Notes under the pieces: generated by a model | The model's database searches: none | What the model was told of the DNA's origin: nothing | The model's input: only the letters and a program-made list of their open reading frames with translations | Source: Eledone cirrhosa | Taxonomy: Eukaryota | Assembly (NCBI GenBank): GCA_964016885.1 | Contig: OZ024743.1 | Location: forward strand, 92,194,001 to 92,258,000 | Direction: 5' to 3' | Length of the DNA stretch: 64,000 nucleotides | Made by a program: the position numbers and the translations under genes | Shown here: positions 25,715 to 39,775 of the stretch, in pieces | Position numbering within the stretch: the stretch's first letter is position 1 | How the letters are laid out: every line of letters begins with the position of its first letter

Positions 25715-26750
25715 TCATCATCATCACCGTTTTACATCCGTTCTTCCATGCTAGCATGGGTTAGACAGGTTGTCCTGTTGTGGGCAGTGTCTGGTCGGCT
25801 GAGCATGCCTTGCTCATACAGGAACTGATTTTGGCTTGATTTCTACACCTGGATGCTATTCTTAACACCAACCTCATTTACAGTGAGTGCTGGGTGCTTT
25901 TTCCGTGGCGCCTACACGTCCACTTTACAGTGTGGGCTGGGTGCTTTTTTGCCATGGCACCTCCACGACCACTTTGCAGTGGGAGGGTGTGGGGGCATAT
26001 TGTCTATATGCTTCAGCTTGTACCCATGGGAGATCAGGTACTGTGTATTACTGCGTGACGCCAGAGGTCACGGTCGTGTGTCATCGCCTTTGAGAGGTGT
26101 AATTGGGTAAGGTCGGCTTTTATCACCTCATCCCAGGTCATCTTGGGTGTCCCCACTCCGCGGTTTCCATCGACTTCCAGTGCTCTGCACCTTTTTATGC
26201 AGCCGTCATCCTTCATACGCATCACATGTCCATACCAACGCAACCACCTCTCCTGCACACAGCATTTGATTCCTCTTATGCTCAGTCTCTCTCTCAATTC
26301 ATTTATGCTTTGCCGTTCGCGTATATTACTATTACACATCCATCTGAGCATGCAGGCTTCATTTCTTTCTAATCTACGTAAGTCTTCCACAGACAGCGCC
26401 CAGGTGTCACTACCATGTAACATTGCTGTTCGGATACACGCATCATACATCTGCCTTTCATTTTGAGGGAGAAGCCTTTTGCAGCTAGCAGTGGCAGTAG
26501 TTCCCTGAACTTCTTCCATCCCGTTCTTACCCTAGTTATTGTACTTTCTGAACACCCACCTCTGCTGCTAATTCGGTCACCTAGGAAGCAGAAGCTGTCT
26601 ACTGTTTCTACAGAGCCCTCCCAGAGATTGGTGGTACTTGTTTCCTGTGGCTGTTTGCTGCTTGCTGTCCCAGCACAGCTGCTGCATGTGAAACCTACAT
26701 TCTTAATTAAGCTTCCTGAGATCCCGCTACATCTCTTGTGTACCCATTGA
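25714..26750 (-). mobile_element. RTE-clade LINE, PHD-containing subfamily B, frameshifted, with 3'UTR
   Basis: ORF 26034-26519 has MLHGSDTW and LRWYGHVMR; upstream WVHKRCSG remnant; RTE-type 3'UTR and (CAT)n tail. Confidence 0.9.
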
Positions 26751-26759
26751 TGCCAAAAT

Positions 26760-29698
26760 AAAATGTACCCAGTCCACTCAGTAAAGTGGTGGTACTGGTG
26801 CCACTACGATACAATGCACCCACCTACACTGTAAAGTTACAGTGCTGGTGCAAAATTGTACCCAGCCCTCCCTGTAAAGTGGTGGTACTGGTACTATGAT
26901 AAATGTACCCAGCCCACCCTGTAAAGTGGTGGTAGTGGTACTATGATAAATGTACCCAGCCCTCCCTGTAAAGTGGTGGTACTGGTGCCACTACGATACA
27001 ATGCACCCACCTACACTGTAAAGTTACAGTGCTGGTGCAAAATTGTACCCAGCCCACCCTGTAAAGTGGTGGTAGTGGTACTATGATAAATGCACCCAGC
27101 CCTCCCTGTAAAGTGGTGGTACTGGTACTATGATAAATGTACCCAGCCCAGTCTGTAAAGTGGTGGTACTGGTACTATGATAAATGTACCCAGCCCACCC
27201 TGTAAAGTGGTGGTACTGGTACTATTATAAATGTACCCAGCCCTCCCTGTAAAGTGGTGGTACTGGTACTATGATAAATGTACCCAGCCCTCCCTGTAAA
27301 GTGGTGGTAGTGGTACTATGATAAATGTACCCAGCCCTCCCTGTAAAGTGGTGGTACTGGTACTATGATAAATGAACCCAGCCCACCCTGTAAAGTGGTG
27401 GTAGTGGTACGATGATAAATGTACCCAGCCCACCCTGTAAAGTGGTGGTAGTGGTACTATGATAAATATACCCAGCCCACCCTGTAAAGTGGTGGTACTG
27501 GTACTATGATAAATGAACCCAGCCCACCCTGTAAAGTGGTGGTAGTGGTACGATGATAAATGTATCCAGCCCACCCTGTAAAGGGGTGGTACTGGTACTA
27601 TGATAAATGTACCCAGCCCACCCTGTAAAGTGGTGGTACTGGTACTATGATAAATGAAACCAGCCCACCCTGTAAAGTGGTGGTAGTGGTACGATGATAA
27701 ATGTACCCAGCCCACCCTGTAAAGTGGTGGTAGTGGTACTATGATAAATGTACCCAGCCCACCCTGTAAAGTGGTGGTACTGGTACTATGATAAATGTAC
27801 CCAGCCCTCCCTGTAAAGTGGTGGTAGTGGTACTATGATAAATGTACCCAGCCCACCCTGTAAAGTGGTGGTAGTGGTACTATGATAAATGTAGCCAGCC
27901 CACCCTGTAAAGTGGTGGTACTGGTACTATGATAAATGTACCCAGCCCACCCTGTAAAGTGGTGGTACTGGTACTATGATAAATGTACCCAGCCCACCCT
28001 GTAAAGTGGTGGTACTGGTACTATGATAAATGAACCCAGCCCACCCTGTAAAGTGGTGGTAGTGGTACGATGATAAATGTACCCAGCCCACCCTGTAAAG
28101 TGGTGGTACTGGTACTATGATAAATGTACCCAGCCCACCCTGTAAAGTGGTGGTAGTGGTACAATGATAAATGTACCCAGCCCACCCTGTAAAGTGGTGG
28201 TAGTGGTACTATGATAAATGTACCCAGCCCACCCTGTAAAGTGGTGGTAGTGGTACTATGATAAATGTACCCAGCCCACCCTGTAAAGTGGTGGTAGCGG
28301 TACTATGATAAATATACCCAGCCCACCCTGTAAAGTGGTGGTACTGGTACTATGATAAATGTACCCAGCCCACCCTGTAAAGTGGTGGTACTGGTACTAT
28401 GATAAATGTACCCAGCCCTCCTTGTAAAGTGGTGGTACTGGTACTATGATAAATGTACCCAGCCCACTCTGTAAAGTGGTGGTACTGGTACTATGATAAA
28501 TGTACCCAGACCACCCTGTAAAGTGGTGGTACTGGTACTATGATAAATGTACCCAGCCCACCCTGTAAAGTGGTGGTACTGGTACTATGATAAATGTACC
28601 CAGCCCTCCCTGTAAAGTGGTGGTACTGGTACTATGATAAATGTACCCAGCCCACTCTGTAAAGTGGTGGTAGTGGTACTCTGATAAATGTACCCAGCCC
28701 ACCCTGTAAAGTGGTGGTACTGGTACTATGATAAATGTACCCAGCCCACCCTGTAAAGTGGTGGTACTGGTACTATGATAAATGTACCCAGCCCACTCTG
28801 TAAAGTGGTGGTACTGGTACTATGATAAATGTACCCAGCCCACCCTGTAAAGTGGTGGTAGTGGTACTATGATAAATGTACCCAGCCCACCCTGTAAAGT
28901 GGTGGTAGCGGTACTATGATAAATATACCCAGCCCACCCTGTAAAGTGGTGGTACTGGTACTATGATAAATGTACACAGCCCACCCTGTAAATGGTGGTA
29001 CTGGTACTATGATAAATGTACCCAGCCCTCCTTGTAAAGTGGTGGTACTGGTACTATGATAAATGTACCCAGCCCACTCTGTAAAGTGGTGGTACTGGTA
29101 CTATGATAAATGTACCCAGCCCACCCTGTAAAGTGGTGGTACTGGTACTATGATAAATGTACCCATCCCACTCTGTAAAGTGGTGGTACTGGTACTATGA
29201 TAAATGTACCCAGCCCACCCTGTAAAGTGGTGGTACTGGTACTATGATAAATGTACCCAGCCCACCCTGTAAAGTGGTGGTACTGGTACTATGATAAATG
29301 TACCCAGCCCACCCTGTAAAGTGGTGGTACTGGTACTATGATAAATGTACCCAGCCCACTCTGTAAAGTGGCGGTACTGGTACTATGATAAATGTACCCA
29401 GCCCTCCCTGTAAAGTGGTGGTACTGGTACTATGATAAATGTACCCAGCCCTCCCTGTAAAGTGGTGGTACTGGTACTATGATAAATGTACCCAGCCCAC
29501 CCTGTAAAGTGGTGGTACTGGTACTATGATAAATGTACCCAGCCCTCCCTGTAAAGTGGTGGTACTGGTACTATGATAAATGTACCCAGCCCTCCCTGTA
29601 AAGTGGTGGTACTGGTACTATGATAAATGTACCCAGCCCACCCTGTAAAGTGGTGGTAGTGGTACTATGATAAATGTACCCAGCCCACCCTGTAAAGT
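26760..29698. repeat. 47 bp minisatellite, ~60 copies
   Basis: CCCAGCCCACCCTGTAAAGTGGTGGTACTGGTACTATGATAAATGTA; period measured 28561 to 28608. Confidence 0.97.
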
Positions 29699-29984
29699 GC
29701 TCTAAGGACACATCCTTAAAGTGGTTGTTGTTAGAAAGGCATCCAACGGAAGAACCCATATCAGAATAGAGTGTATGAGTGAGGACCTGCTGAATCTCAG
29801 AACATGACAACCTGTATAACCCATGCCAACATGGAAAATAGCCTTAAAATGGTGATGATGATGATGGTATATGGTGATGGTGATGTTGGCATGGGAGAGC
29901 AGTGGAACTGCGCCGGTGACCAGGTCATAAATAGTCTAAACTTAAACAGAGACAGGGTGACTCATATGCATACACACACGCACA

Positions 29985-30015
<31 letters not shown>

Positions 30016-31338
30016 CATCATCATCATCGTTGTTTTAATGTCCGCTTTCCCTGCTAGCAAGAGTTGGATGAGTCTACATAGAGTCAGTACTGAAGCAGAG
30101 TCACTGATGAGCCAGGTAGGCCAGGGATATGTGTCTCACTTTATGTACAGTCGACACTCCATTGTGTGCACAGCAGAGGTTGCCATGTCAACTGAGGGTC
30201 CTGCCAACCCTTTTGTTTGGCAAGATTTCTATGACTTGATACCCTTTCTATCACCAACCACTTTACAGTGTGTACTGGGTGTGTTTATTGTGTAGATCAA
30301 ACACCAGGAAGGCTCTCATGTCCTTGACACAGCTGAAGGGTCCCCCAAACCCTTTGTTTGTATAGCCCACTACGGCTGAATACCCTTCCCATCACCAACC
30401 CCTTCACGGAAGGGGGTGGGGGCAGCTGCTAAGAATGGGTGGGTGGGACATGCGTGGGGTGTTGAAGTAGAAATTTTGAAGATAACTGTTGGGGAGTGCT
30501 AGTGAAGACAGGGGAACGAGGGTAGATCAGGTCACATCATATGCTACAAGTTGGGTCTTCCTCAACACTGCACAGTGCTTTAGTCATTTCTGTTGTGAGA
30601 TTTAGTTTTTTAAGGTTTATTTTTGCAACCTCATCCCTGCCTCTTACACAGGTCCCAGCCACTGGAGTTTCTCTATATTTTTTATGCAGCTGTTATTTTC
30701 CATGTGTATCACATGTCCATACCAATGCAGTCTTCTCTCTTGCACACTACATTCAATTTCTCTTATGCCAAGTATTTCTCTGTTTTCTTATGCTATATCA
30801 TTCATGCACACTAGCATTACATATCATTTCTTTCTAGCCTCCACAGGTCTTCTGCAGTCAAGGCCCATGTTTCACTGCCTTTTATAAATAGCAAAATTGC
30901 ACATGGGAAAATGAAACACCTTTGATATCATCATCATCATTGTTTAATGTCCACTTTCCATGCTTCCATAGGCTAGATGGGTTGTCACGTTATGAGACAA
31001 GTCAGATTCGGAGACCTCTTTATGCTCATACAGATCTATATTATGGTTTGGTTTCTACAGCTAGATGTCCTCCCTAACCCCAACCATGTTAAACTGTGGC
31101 ACCAAAATGACCATCTAACAGGGTGAACAGGATGCTTTTTCATTGTGTCACCAGCATGACCACCTTACAGGGTGAACTGTGTGCTTTTTTTTGTTGTGTC
31201 ACCAACATGCTCACCTTACAGGAGGAATGAGTGCATTTTTCTCATGTCACAAACACAACCAACTTAGAACATGACTATGCATGAACATTTTTTGCTGAGA
31301 TTTAGAGATTACCAAGTATTGTTTTCAGTTCGTGGTCT

Positions 31339-31613
31339 TAACACTTTTGATATCAAACTGCTTGAGTCCATCCCTGGTTTTACAATAAAATACTGTTTAT
31401 TTGAAAGTGTTGATATTTATCTAAAAACCTTACATCAAAATTGTATGCAAAACCTTTATGTTCCAAACATCAACTTAATAATGATAAAGTTAGTTATATT
31501 ATTAAATCCTTGATTATTCTAAAAAATTATTTGAAATTTATATTTGAGATGGTTGCCTCTGACAAGATCTGACAGGATCTAAATTTATAGAAATATGATA
31601 ATGAAAGGGTTAA
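31339..31613 (+). mobile_element. Second piggyBac-type MITE family (relatives near 3660-4100, 18356-18555, 21530-21760, 22660-22860, 48578-48775, 62287-62535)
   Basis: TTAAC.CTTTTGATA...GAAATATG.TAATGAAAGGGTTAA ends with shared internal motifs. Confidence 0.6.
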
Positions 31614-32036
31614 ATCGAAAGATCTCTTTTTCTTTCTTTTAACATGAATTTAACTTAGACTACAATATGAACAATAAAATGACACAGGACCAAGACCTCT
31701 GACGTTACACAGTAATACAGAAGACCCGACTTCCCATGAGTACAAGCTGAAGCTGAAGCATAAAGACAGTATGCCCCACCCCTCTCCCACTGTAAAGTGG
31801 TCGTGTAGGTGCCATGGTAAAAAGCACCCAGTATTCACTGTAAATGAGGTTGGTGTTATGAAGGGCATCCAGCTGTAGAAATCAAACCAAAATCAGTTCT
31901 GTGTGAGCAAGACATGGTCACCAGATCTGGCATTGCCCACAACAGGACAACCTATCTAAACCAAGCTAGTGTGGAAGAATGGACATAAAACGGTGATGAT
32001 GATGATGATGATATATATATATATATATATATATAT

Positions 32037-32360
32037 GAAGATGCATGGCTTAGTGGTTAGAGCATTGGGAGGTTGTGAGTTCAATTGTCAGACCAGGTGA
32101 TACATTGTGTCCTTGAGCAAGATACCACGTTGCTTCAGTTCACTCAACTGTAGAAATGAGTTGTGATGTCACTGGTACCAAGCTCTATTGGCCAATACCT
32201 CTCCCTTGGACAACATTGGTGGCATGGAGAGGGGAGGCTGATTTGTATGGGCTACTGCTGGTCTTTTACAAACAACTTTCCTGGACTTGTGGCTCAGAGG
32301 GGAACTTTCTAGGTGCAAATCCCATGGTTGTTTATGCCTGAAGGGGCTTTTACCATTTTA
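32037..32360 (+). mobile_element. SINE with family 2 head/core and a different tail
   Basis: TGGCTTAGTGGTTAG..GAGTTCAATT..GTCCTTGAGCAAG. Confidence 0.75.
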
Positions 32361-33277
32361 CAATATAATTTAGTAGACTGAGGTAAATGGAAATCTCTTA
32401 TTTTGACTAAGTGTTGATAAAGAGGAGACACAGCAGGCAGTAGTCAGTGATATGATGACAGCCTGTAACTGACTAAAGAACTTTGAAAATTAATCAATTG
32501 ATTAAACACCTGATTGATGTATTAATTACAGATTAAATAATTCTTTCTAGCACTGTCTACCAAGTCCCATTCAAAAGGCATCGCTCAAGTGAAGGCTATA
32601 GTAGAAGACACTTGCCTAAGGTGCTATACAGTGGGACTGAAGCTGAAACCTTCTGGTTACTAAGTGAACTCCTTAAGCACACTGTCATGCTTGCACTTAT
32701 TACAGTAGAAGGGATCATTAATAGAACACTAATGATTACAGCTATTGATTAGACATAACACATATTTGTAAAAACGGAGCACATTATCTAGTAACTGACA
32801 ATTAGTCATTGAGAGACTAGAAGCCTGCTGTTGGGTCAATATTGGTTAGTCATCTCAACATACATGTAACACACACCACACAGGCACTAGATTGCCTGCA
32901 GCTACACACAGTCGATAGTGGTTAGTCATATATATATATATATATACATACACGCATATGTATATATGTAACACATGCTTTGCTGCAGCAGTCAGCATTG
33001 TTAGCTTCAGTAATGTTTATACAGTTCAATAATACACAACTGTTGCATAAAATAAACATTATGAAGTAATTCACAGTTACATCATTGCCATTAAAGTCAG
33101 CTATTACAGTTGTCAACATTATCAGTATAGCTATTACAATAACCAACATTATCAAACATTGCTATGTAAGACAACTATTACAATATTTAACATTATCAAG
33201 ACAGTTTTTACAATAGTCAACATTATAAAGACATTCAGTTTTAAGACATTCACAATTAAAGATAGATATTATAGTCA

Positions 33278-33610
33278 TCAGGTGGTGAATTGGCAAAGTC
33301 ATAAGAATGTCGGATAGAATGCTTTGCGGTATTCATTTCAATTATCTGCTCTCTGAGTTCAAATCCCCCCGAGGTCAACTTTGCTTTTCATCCTTTCAAG
33401 GTCAATAAAAAAAAGTACCAGTCTAGTACTGGGGTTGATTCTTCCTCTATATCTCTTTCTCACGTCTTCTCTTTCCCTATCTATCCTTCTCTGGAAAAAA
33501 TCTGCTTTATTCAGACCTGGAGAGGGATGGGTTCCACCAGGTTTAAAAATGCCCTAGAAATACTGTATGTCAATATGGCACCACTACAACTCCTTAGAAC
33601 TTACGGGACC
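33278..33610 (+). mobile_element. SINE family 1 variant with a different 3' half (second copy 53320-53560)
   Basis: Same head and core followed by TTCAGACCTGGAGAGGGATG..CCACCAGG shared by both copies. Confidence 0.65.
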
Positions 33611-33619
33611 ATACATTAT

Positions 33620-34230
33620 AGTCATCATCATCATCATTGAAACAATAGTTGAACATTCCTGACAAAATCTCTCTACAATTTACAATTTTCCATTGCTCCT
33701 GGCTTCTGCTCCCTACAGAAGTATATAATCATCTGAAAGTTGATCAATAAATGTTCGAGCAGGTCTTCCTCTACTGCGTTTCCCGTGAGTTGGTTCCAAC
33801 AATAGTTCTGTATAACTTCCTGCTTGCTTTTCTAGCAATGTCCTGCAAATCATAACTGTTGTTGAGCAATTGTAGTTGTTATCTTGGGCAAGTCTCCGTA
33901 TAAACTTTCATTTGTAATACATTGATGTTAGTTTATGTTTTGTACAACCCTTAGCATTTTAATGTGTGCACCCTCTGGTTTCTTTTTAAGTGCTTGTGTG
34001 AGGGGCCATGTACCTGATCCATACAACAACACTGACTCAACCACTTGTGTCAGGGGCCATGTACCTGATCCACACAACACTGACTCAACAGATGTTCTGA
34101 AGAATGATATTTATTAGAGTAGATCTGACTTTCATATCCTTTCCATTTTGTTCACTGCAGCCCAGACTTAGGAATTTCTAATGTCAGTGTCCTTTTTTGA
34201 TGAACTCACCCAGCTGCCCAAATATAGACA
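33620..34230 (-). mobile_element. Decayed RTE LINE fragment (non-PHD)
   Basis: YLGSWVSSS.KD..IR and VLLYGSGTW.LT remnants, FAGHC, RGRPART; (CAT)n tail. Confidence 0.7.
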
Positions 34231-35009
34231 TCAGGTTGATGATTTTCTGTATTTGGGCAGCTAATGAGTTCCTCAGAAAAGGATATTATAGTAATCAACG
34301 TTATTATGTAATCAATATTATCATATAGTCAACATCATCATGATGTTAACATTATCATAACAGTGTTATAAAAGATAATTATTATATTAAGTTAATATTA
34401 ACAAGACAATAGGCACATGGTTAGCAGTTTGGAGAGGAGAGAAAAGTCGATTAAATCAAGCCCAATACATTACTGGTACTTTATTTTATTGACCCTGGAA
34501 TAATGAAAAATAAAGCTGGCCTTTATGGGATATGAACTCAGAAAGTGAAAAAACATAGATTAATTTCATGTGTGTGTGTGACCTTGACATAAACCTATGG
34601 CAGCCCAGTAGAGAGAGTACTGAATGTCATGGATCATAAGTTCAAATATTTTGAAAGCATTCTATTGAGTTTCTAGTCAGATCATTTTGCCCTGTCTTAG
34701 TTCATCTAGCCAAGAAGAGAGCCTCTACCTGATCACTATTTTACAGTTGTACTAGCATAGACTTGATCTATTGTACATGTCTGGCAAGTTACTTGATCTG
34801 AGATTGTGCTGTACATGTCTGTCAAGTAAATTGATCTAAGACTGTGTGTTGTACATGTCTGGTAAGTGACTTGATCTGAGACTGTGTTGTACATTGCACA
34901 CATTCAGAAAATATATCTGCAAAATATGCAGTTTTATGGAAGTTGCAAGGAAACAAATTGAAGTGAGGGCAGTACACTGAGGTAAGCATATATATATATA
35001 TATATATTA

Positions 35010-35302
35010 TAATAATTGTTTCTACTTTTGGCACAAGGCCAGCAATTACCCAGTACATTACTGGTACTTTATTTTATCGACCCCGCAAGGATTAAAGGCA
35101 AAGTTAACCATGGCGAGATTTGAACGCAGTCCGTAAAGGGACGTAACTCTGTGTTGCAAAGCATGCTGTTCGACCCGATACTGCCAATCCACCACCCTTA
35201 TTATTATAATAATTGTTTCTACTTTAGGCACAAGGCCAGCAATTACCCAGTGCATTACTGGTACTTTATTTTATCGACCCCGTAAGGATGAAAGGCAAAG
35301 TC
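35010..35302 (-). mobile_element. Two SINE family 1 copies
   Basis: Reverse complement of the family consensus. Confidence 0.8.
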
Positions 35303-35894
35303 AAGGGATACGTATATGTACAGTTATAGAGGTGCAATAACATAAGATCTGAATATCATTGCACCTCTATAAATGTACATGTACAAATGGTATTTCAATA
35401 CATTTTGTTTTGAAAATTTCTTACACTTGAATTATTGTATTACTGTTCCTAATAAAAGTTGTTAAATTTTAAATTAGTAGAGCTGACTTTAGGTTCTAAC
35501 AGTGGTTATTTTTAGCACTCTGGTTGACTTGTGCATTTGTCAGACAATATGATTAATAATTTTACATATTAATCAAAATGTTTATATATATATATATATA
35601 TATACACACATCTTGTCCAATGAATCAGTTACTATAAATATAAAAACTATATAAAATATTACAAACATATGTTTATAAATATACTGAAACATTGAGACAC
35701 ACATACATTTATAATTATGCATAGACAGTGACATACTCACATACATTTATGACCACATAAATGTAAACAGAATATATATATATCATACTACAGCTGGCAT
35801 ACACCCGGTCTATGTATATTATTCATGGTGTCTCCCTTGAATATCTTAATGTGTTGCCTTATTGCAGCTTCAGCTACAATATGATACTTGAACT

Positions 35895-36217
35895 CATCAT
35901 CATCATCATTTCATTTTACATCCGTTTTTCCCTGCTTGCCAGGGTGGGACAGGAACTGATTCTGGCTTGATTTCTACAGCTGGATGCCCTTCCTAACACC
36001 AACCTCATTTACAGTGAGTGCTGGGTGCTTTTTTGCCATGGCATCTCCATGACCACTTTGCAGTCCTTATCATCTCATTTCTACAGCTGAGTAAACTGGA
36101 GCAATGTGAAATAAAGTGTCTTGCTCAAGGAAACAACACATCACCCAGTCTGAGAATTGAACTCACAACCTTTCGATTGCAAAGCCAATGCTCTAACCAC
36201 TAAGCCATGTGCCTCCA
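35895..36217 (-). mobile_element. SINE family 2, inverted copy of 40844-41185
   Basis: Near-identical reverse complement. Confidence 0.85.
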
Positions 36218-36239
36218 TATATGAACTAATATATATATA

Positions 36240-37255
36240 TCATTATCATCGTTTTTAAGTCCTTTTTTCCATGCTTGCATGGGTTGGACAGGTCCTTCTC
36301 AGCACAGCATCTCTCCATTCACTGCATTTCTGACAATTCCTCTGTGAGTCTCAATGATTTGAGATCAGCTCTCACCACCTCTGCCCAGGTGTTTCTTGGT
36401 CTACCTCTACTGTGGCTTCCTTCCATTGGCATTTCCTGGCACTTCCTCACCCACTCTTCCCCTCAATTACTCCTAATATTCTATATACAAAGTCTTCCTT
36501 TCCTGTTAGTCTACCCATTATCCCACTACATCCCTTGTGTACCCAAGATTTACATTGTGTACACTGTATGGAGTTTATGCTTATTCCTGTTTTCTACATA
36601 TTGGGCAGGGTCACTTCCCTGAAGGGATCAGTCTCCTATTTTCTTTCCTACTTGCTAACACTTTAGTTTTGATTCCAAATTCCATTTCCATAGATGGAGC
36701 TTATTTTCTAGTTCTTTTAATGATTCGACTATAAGGACCAAATCATCTGCATAGAGAAGTTCCCATGGAGAACCAGTTTTAACTCCTCTGTTATGGCTTG
36801 AAGAACTATAATGAACAACAGTGGGCTAAGAACTGAACCTTGATGAACCCCTACCTGTACCTTGAATTCCTATCAAAACTCATATCATACTCTCACTTTA
36901 CTGACAGCTCCTCTGTACATAGCTTACACTGTTCTCATAAGCCATTCTTCTACACATAATTTTCTGAAGGACCACCAGATAATAGATGAAAGTACCCTGT
37001 CAAAGGCCTTTTCTAGATCAACAAAAGCTAAATGTAGTGGCTTATTCTTGACTAGGAACTTCTAATGTAGTTGCCTCACTAAGAAGAGGGCATCTATAGT
37101 ACTTTTCCAAGACATAAAACCAAACTGTACCTCATCTATTTTGACTCTTTCCCTAATTAGCTGCGCTATAACTCTTTCTGTCACTTTCATAACTTGGCCC
37201 ATTAGTTTTATTCCTCTGTAGTTGCTCCTTTCTAGAACACCACCTTTCCCCTTAT
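36240..37255 (-). mobile_element. Decayed PHD-RTE LINE fragment
   Basis: Reverse strand retains QFGFM, DLEKAFDRV, GVHQGSVLSP, WELLYADD and finger remnants, with stops and deletions. Confidence 0.8.
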
Positions 37256-38114
37256 ATATATAAAATCGTCTAACTTCGTGAAACCTTGGGTAATGGAATA
37301 ATTATATTGTGTTGTTTATTATATAATTAAATAGCTCTGTACCATATATAGAGCACTCTTCTTTCCTTTACCTTTTCTACAGAAATATTTAACACTCACA
37401 TAGTGTTAGAAAGTAAGGCGACACAAACAAGAGATGGACAGTTTCCCTTCATCAGTTGTTTACTACGGGTCACAGGTGTTTCAGTGCATTATAAAACATC
37501 TGTGACCCATAGTAGACATCTGATGAAGGGAAACTGTCCATCTCTTGTTTGTGTCACCTTACTTTCTAACATTCATTATCAGTAACCACACAGCCCTGTC
37601 TCTCTCAATCCATATATATATAATAACTAGAAATTGATTAACATATAAATAAACATGAATAATCACAGGAGATAATTTTTACAAGTGTGTATCTCCTGTG
37701 ATTATTCATGTTTATTTATATGTTAATCAATTTCTAGTTATTATAAAATGCTCGGACCTATTCGTTAGAATCTTAGAGCTTATTTTGCGGGTGATATGGC
37801 GCATGTCTTTCTGGCATGACACCCATAATTTTGATTATCTTAATTTTGGATATATATATATATATATATATATATTTATTATATGCATTTCATTTCATTT
37901 CATTTATATGTTAAATACCTTTAAAGAAGTAAACAACAATTCAAGAACTTTATCAAATGGATGAAATGTTAAAAATCATTATGGAATGGAGTTGTGAAAG
38001 AAAATCTATATTCTAAATGTCACTTAAAAACATTTTAGATATCGAAATATCATAACTTCATTAAAATATTCACCACTCATGGGAATTTACAAAATTGTGT
38101 CATTTAAACATTAT

Positions 38115-38890
38115 AGTCATCTCTCCGGCACAAACCAGTGTAGTCATCTCTCCTGCACACGACATCTGATTCCTCTTTCCAGTTTTTCTCTCAGTTCATC
38201 CATGTCCCACCATTTATACACACTAACATTACACATGTAAGAGAGCATGATCACTTCGTTTCTCTCCAGCCTCCACATATCCTTTGCATTTACTGCCAAT
38301 GTCTCACTGCCATGCAACACCATATTTCTCACACAGGCTATGTACAATTTATCCTATAGAGAAAATCCTTTTGTTGTCAACAGAAGCAGTAGCTTACTAA
38401 ATATTTTTCAAGCCTTTTATTTTAGCTATTTATTCTTTCAGAGCAACTAAATTAGGTCACTTAAGTAACAGAAACTATCAACTACTTCTATGATATCTTC
38501 CTGAGATTGGAAAATGTTTATTTCTACTGCTGCTCCTACTACATACTGTTCCTCAGCATCTGCAACATGTAAAGTCTAACTTTGATGTTAGCCTGCCTAC
38601 AATTCCACTACACGTCATGTGTCCCCATAACTTACATTGTGTACATATAGAGTTCCTACCTATTTCTTTACTAGATATTGAGCATATTCATTTCACCGAT
38701 GGGATCAGAGTCTCATCTTTTCTATTTAGGAAAAGTTTGGTCTTTGGTAGGTTTGCTCTGAGCCCTTTTCATTCTAAGTTCTGTTTCCACAATAGGAATT
38801 TATTCTAAAGCTCTTCCACATATTCAATTATAAAAACCAAGTCATCAGCATGCAGAAACTCCCATAGGCAGTTTGGTCTTAAACTACTTT
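38115..38890 (-). mobile_element. Decayed PHD-RTE LINE fragment
   Basis: MVLHGSETLAVNAKDMWRLERNE and WEFLHADD remnants. Confidence 0.8.
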
Positions 38891-39014
38891 GTTATGGACT
38901 AGGGAATATATGAAAAAGATGGGGGTCTCTCTGACCCAGCTAGTCTTGGACCATGAGAACCAGTCCAAAGGTGGGCATGAAATGATGATGATATATTATG
39001 TATGTACATATATA

Positions 39015-39047
<33 letters not shown>

Positions 39048-39183
39048 GCATGTATGTATATATATATATATTTATCTCTAAAATGTCTGACTGAATATGC
39101 ATGTGTGTTTTTTCTCTCATTTTTTTTCTTCTCTTCCTCTTCTCCTCTTTATTTTTCTATCTTATCTTCTATTTCTAATTCTA

Positions 39184-39219
39184 TCTTCTGATGAAAAACT
39201 AGTGTCTGAAACGTCAAGA
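39184..39219 (+). ncRNA. Minimal hammerhead-like motif (sisters at 39631-39666 and ~45107-45140)
   Basis: TCTT-CTGATGA-..-GAA-ACGT-C-AAGA; stem II GAC(TAGT)GTC intact only in the 39631 copy. Confidence 0.6.
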
Positions 39220-39775
39220 CTCTTTTCCTGTTATTTCAAGCGTTAAACTAATATATTTCTTCAATGTATTGTCATTTGCTTTGTTATTTCTGTTTACTTT
39301 TTACATATATATGTATATATATTCACACACACACACATGCATATATGTATCCTGGATTAGAATGCTCACTGTGAGACTATATATCATATTGTATATTATT
39401 CATTATATACCATTACTTCTAAACCACATTGTGTTAGTGTTCTTGTTAATTGATACTAGTTAGTCAAACTTGTTTTAGCAGAGAAAGCAGATGTTAGCGA
39501 TGATGATGTTGGTGGTGATATATTTCCAAAATGGCTGACTGAATACATACGTGTTTTTTCTCAAAAATTTTTTTTTTCATTCCTTTCTCTTCTCACTGTC
39601 TTTCTATTTCATCTTTTATTTCTCATTCTATCTTCTGATGAAGGACTAGTGTCAAAAACATAAAGAATCTTTTCTTATTATATCATGCTATATATATTGC
39701 TTCATTGTACTGTGTTGTTTGCTTTGTTGTTTCCATTTACTTTTTGCGCATGCACACACACACATGTATATATAT

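Noticed and set aside
26760-29698. Possible CRISPR array
   Set aside because: Units are contiguous with no unique spacers, there are no cas genes, and the context is eukaryotic.
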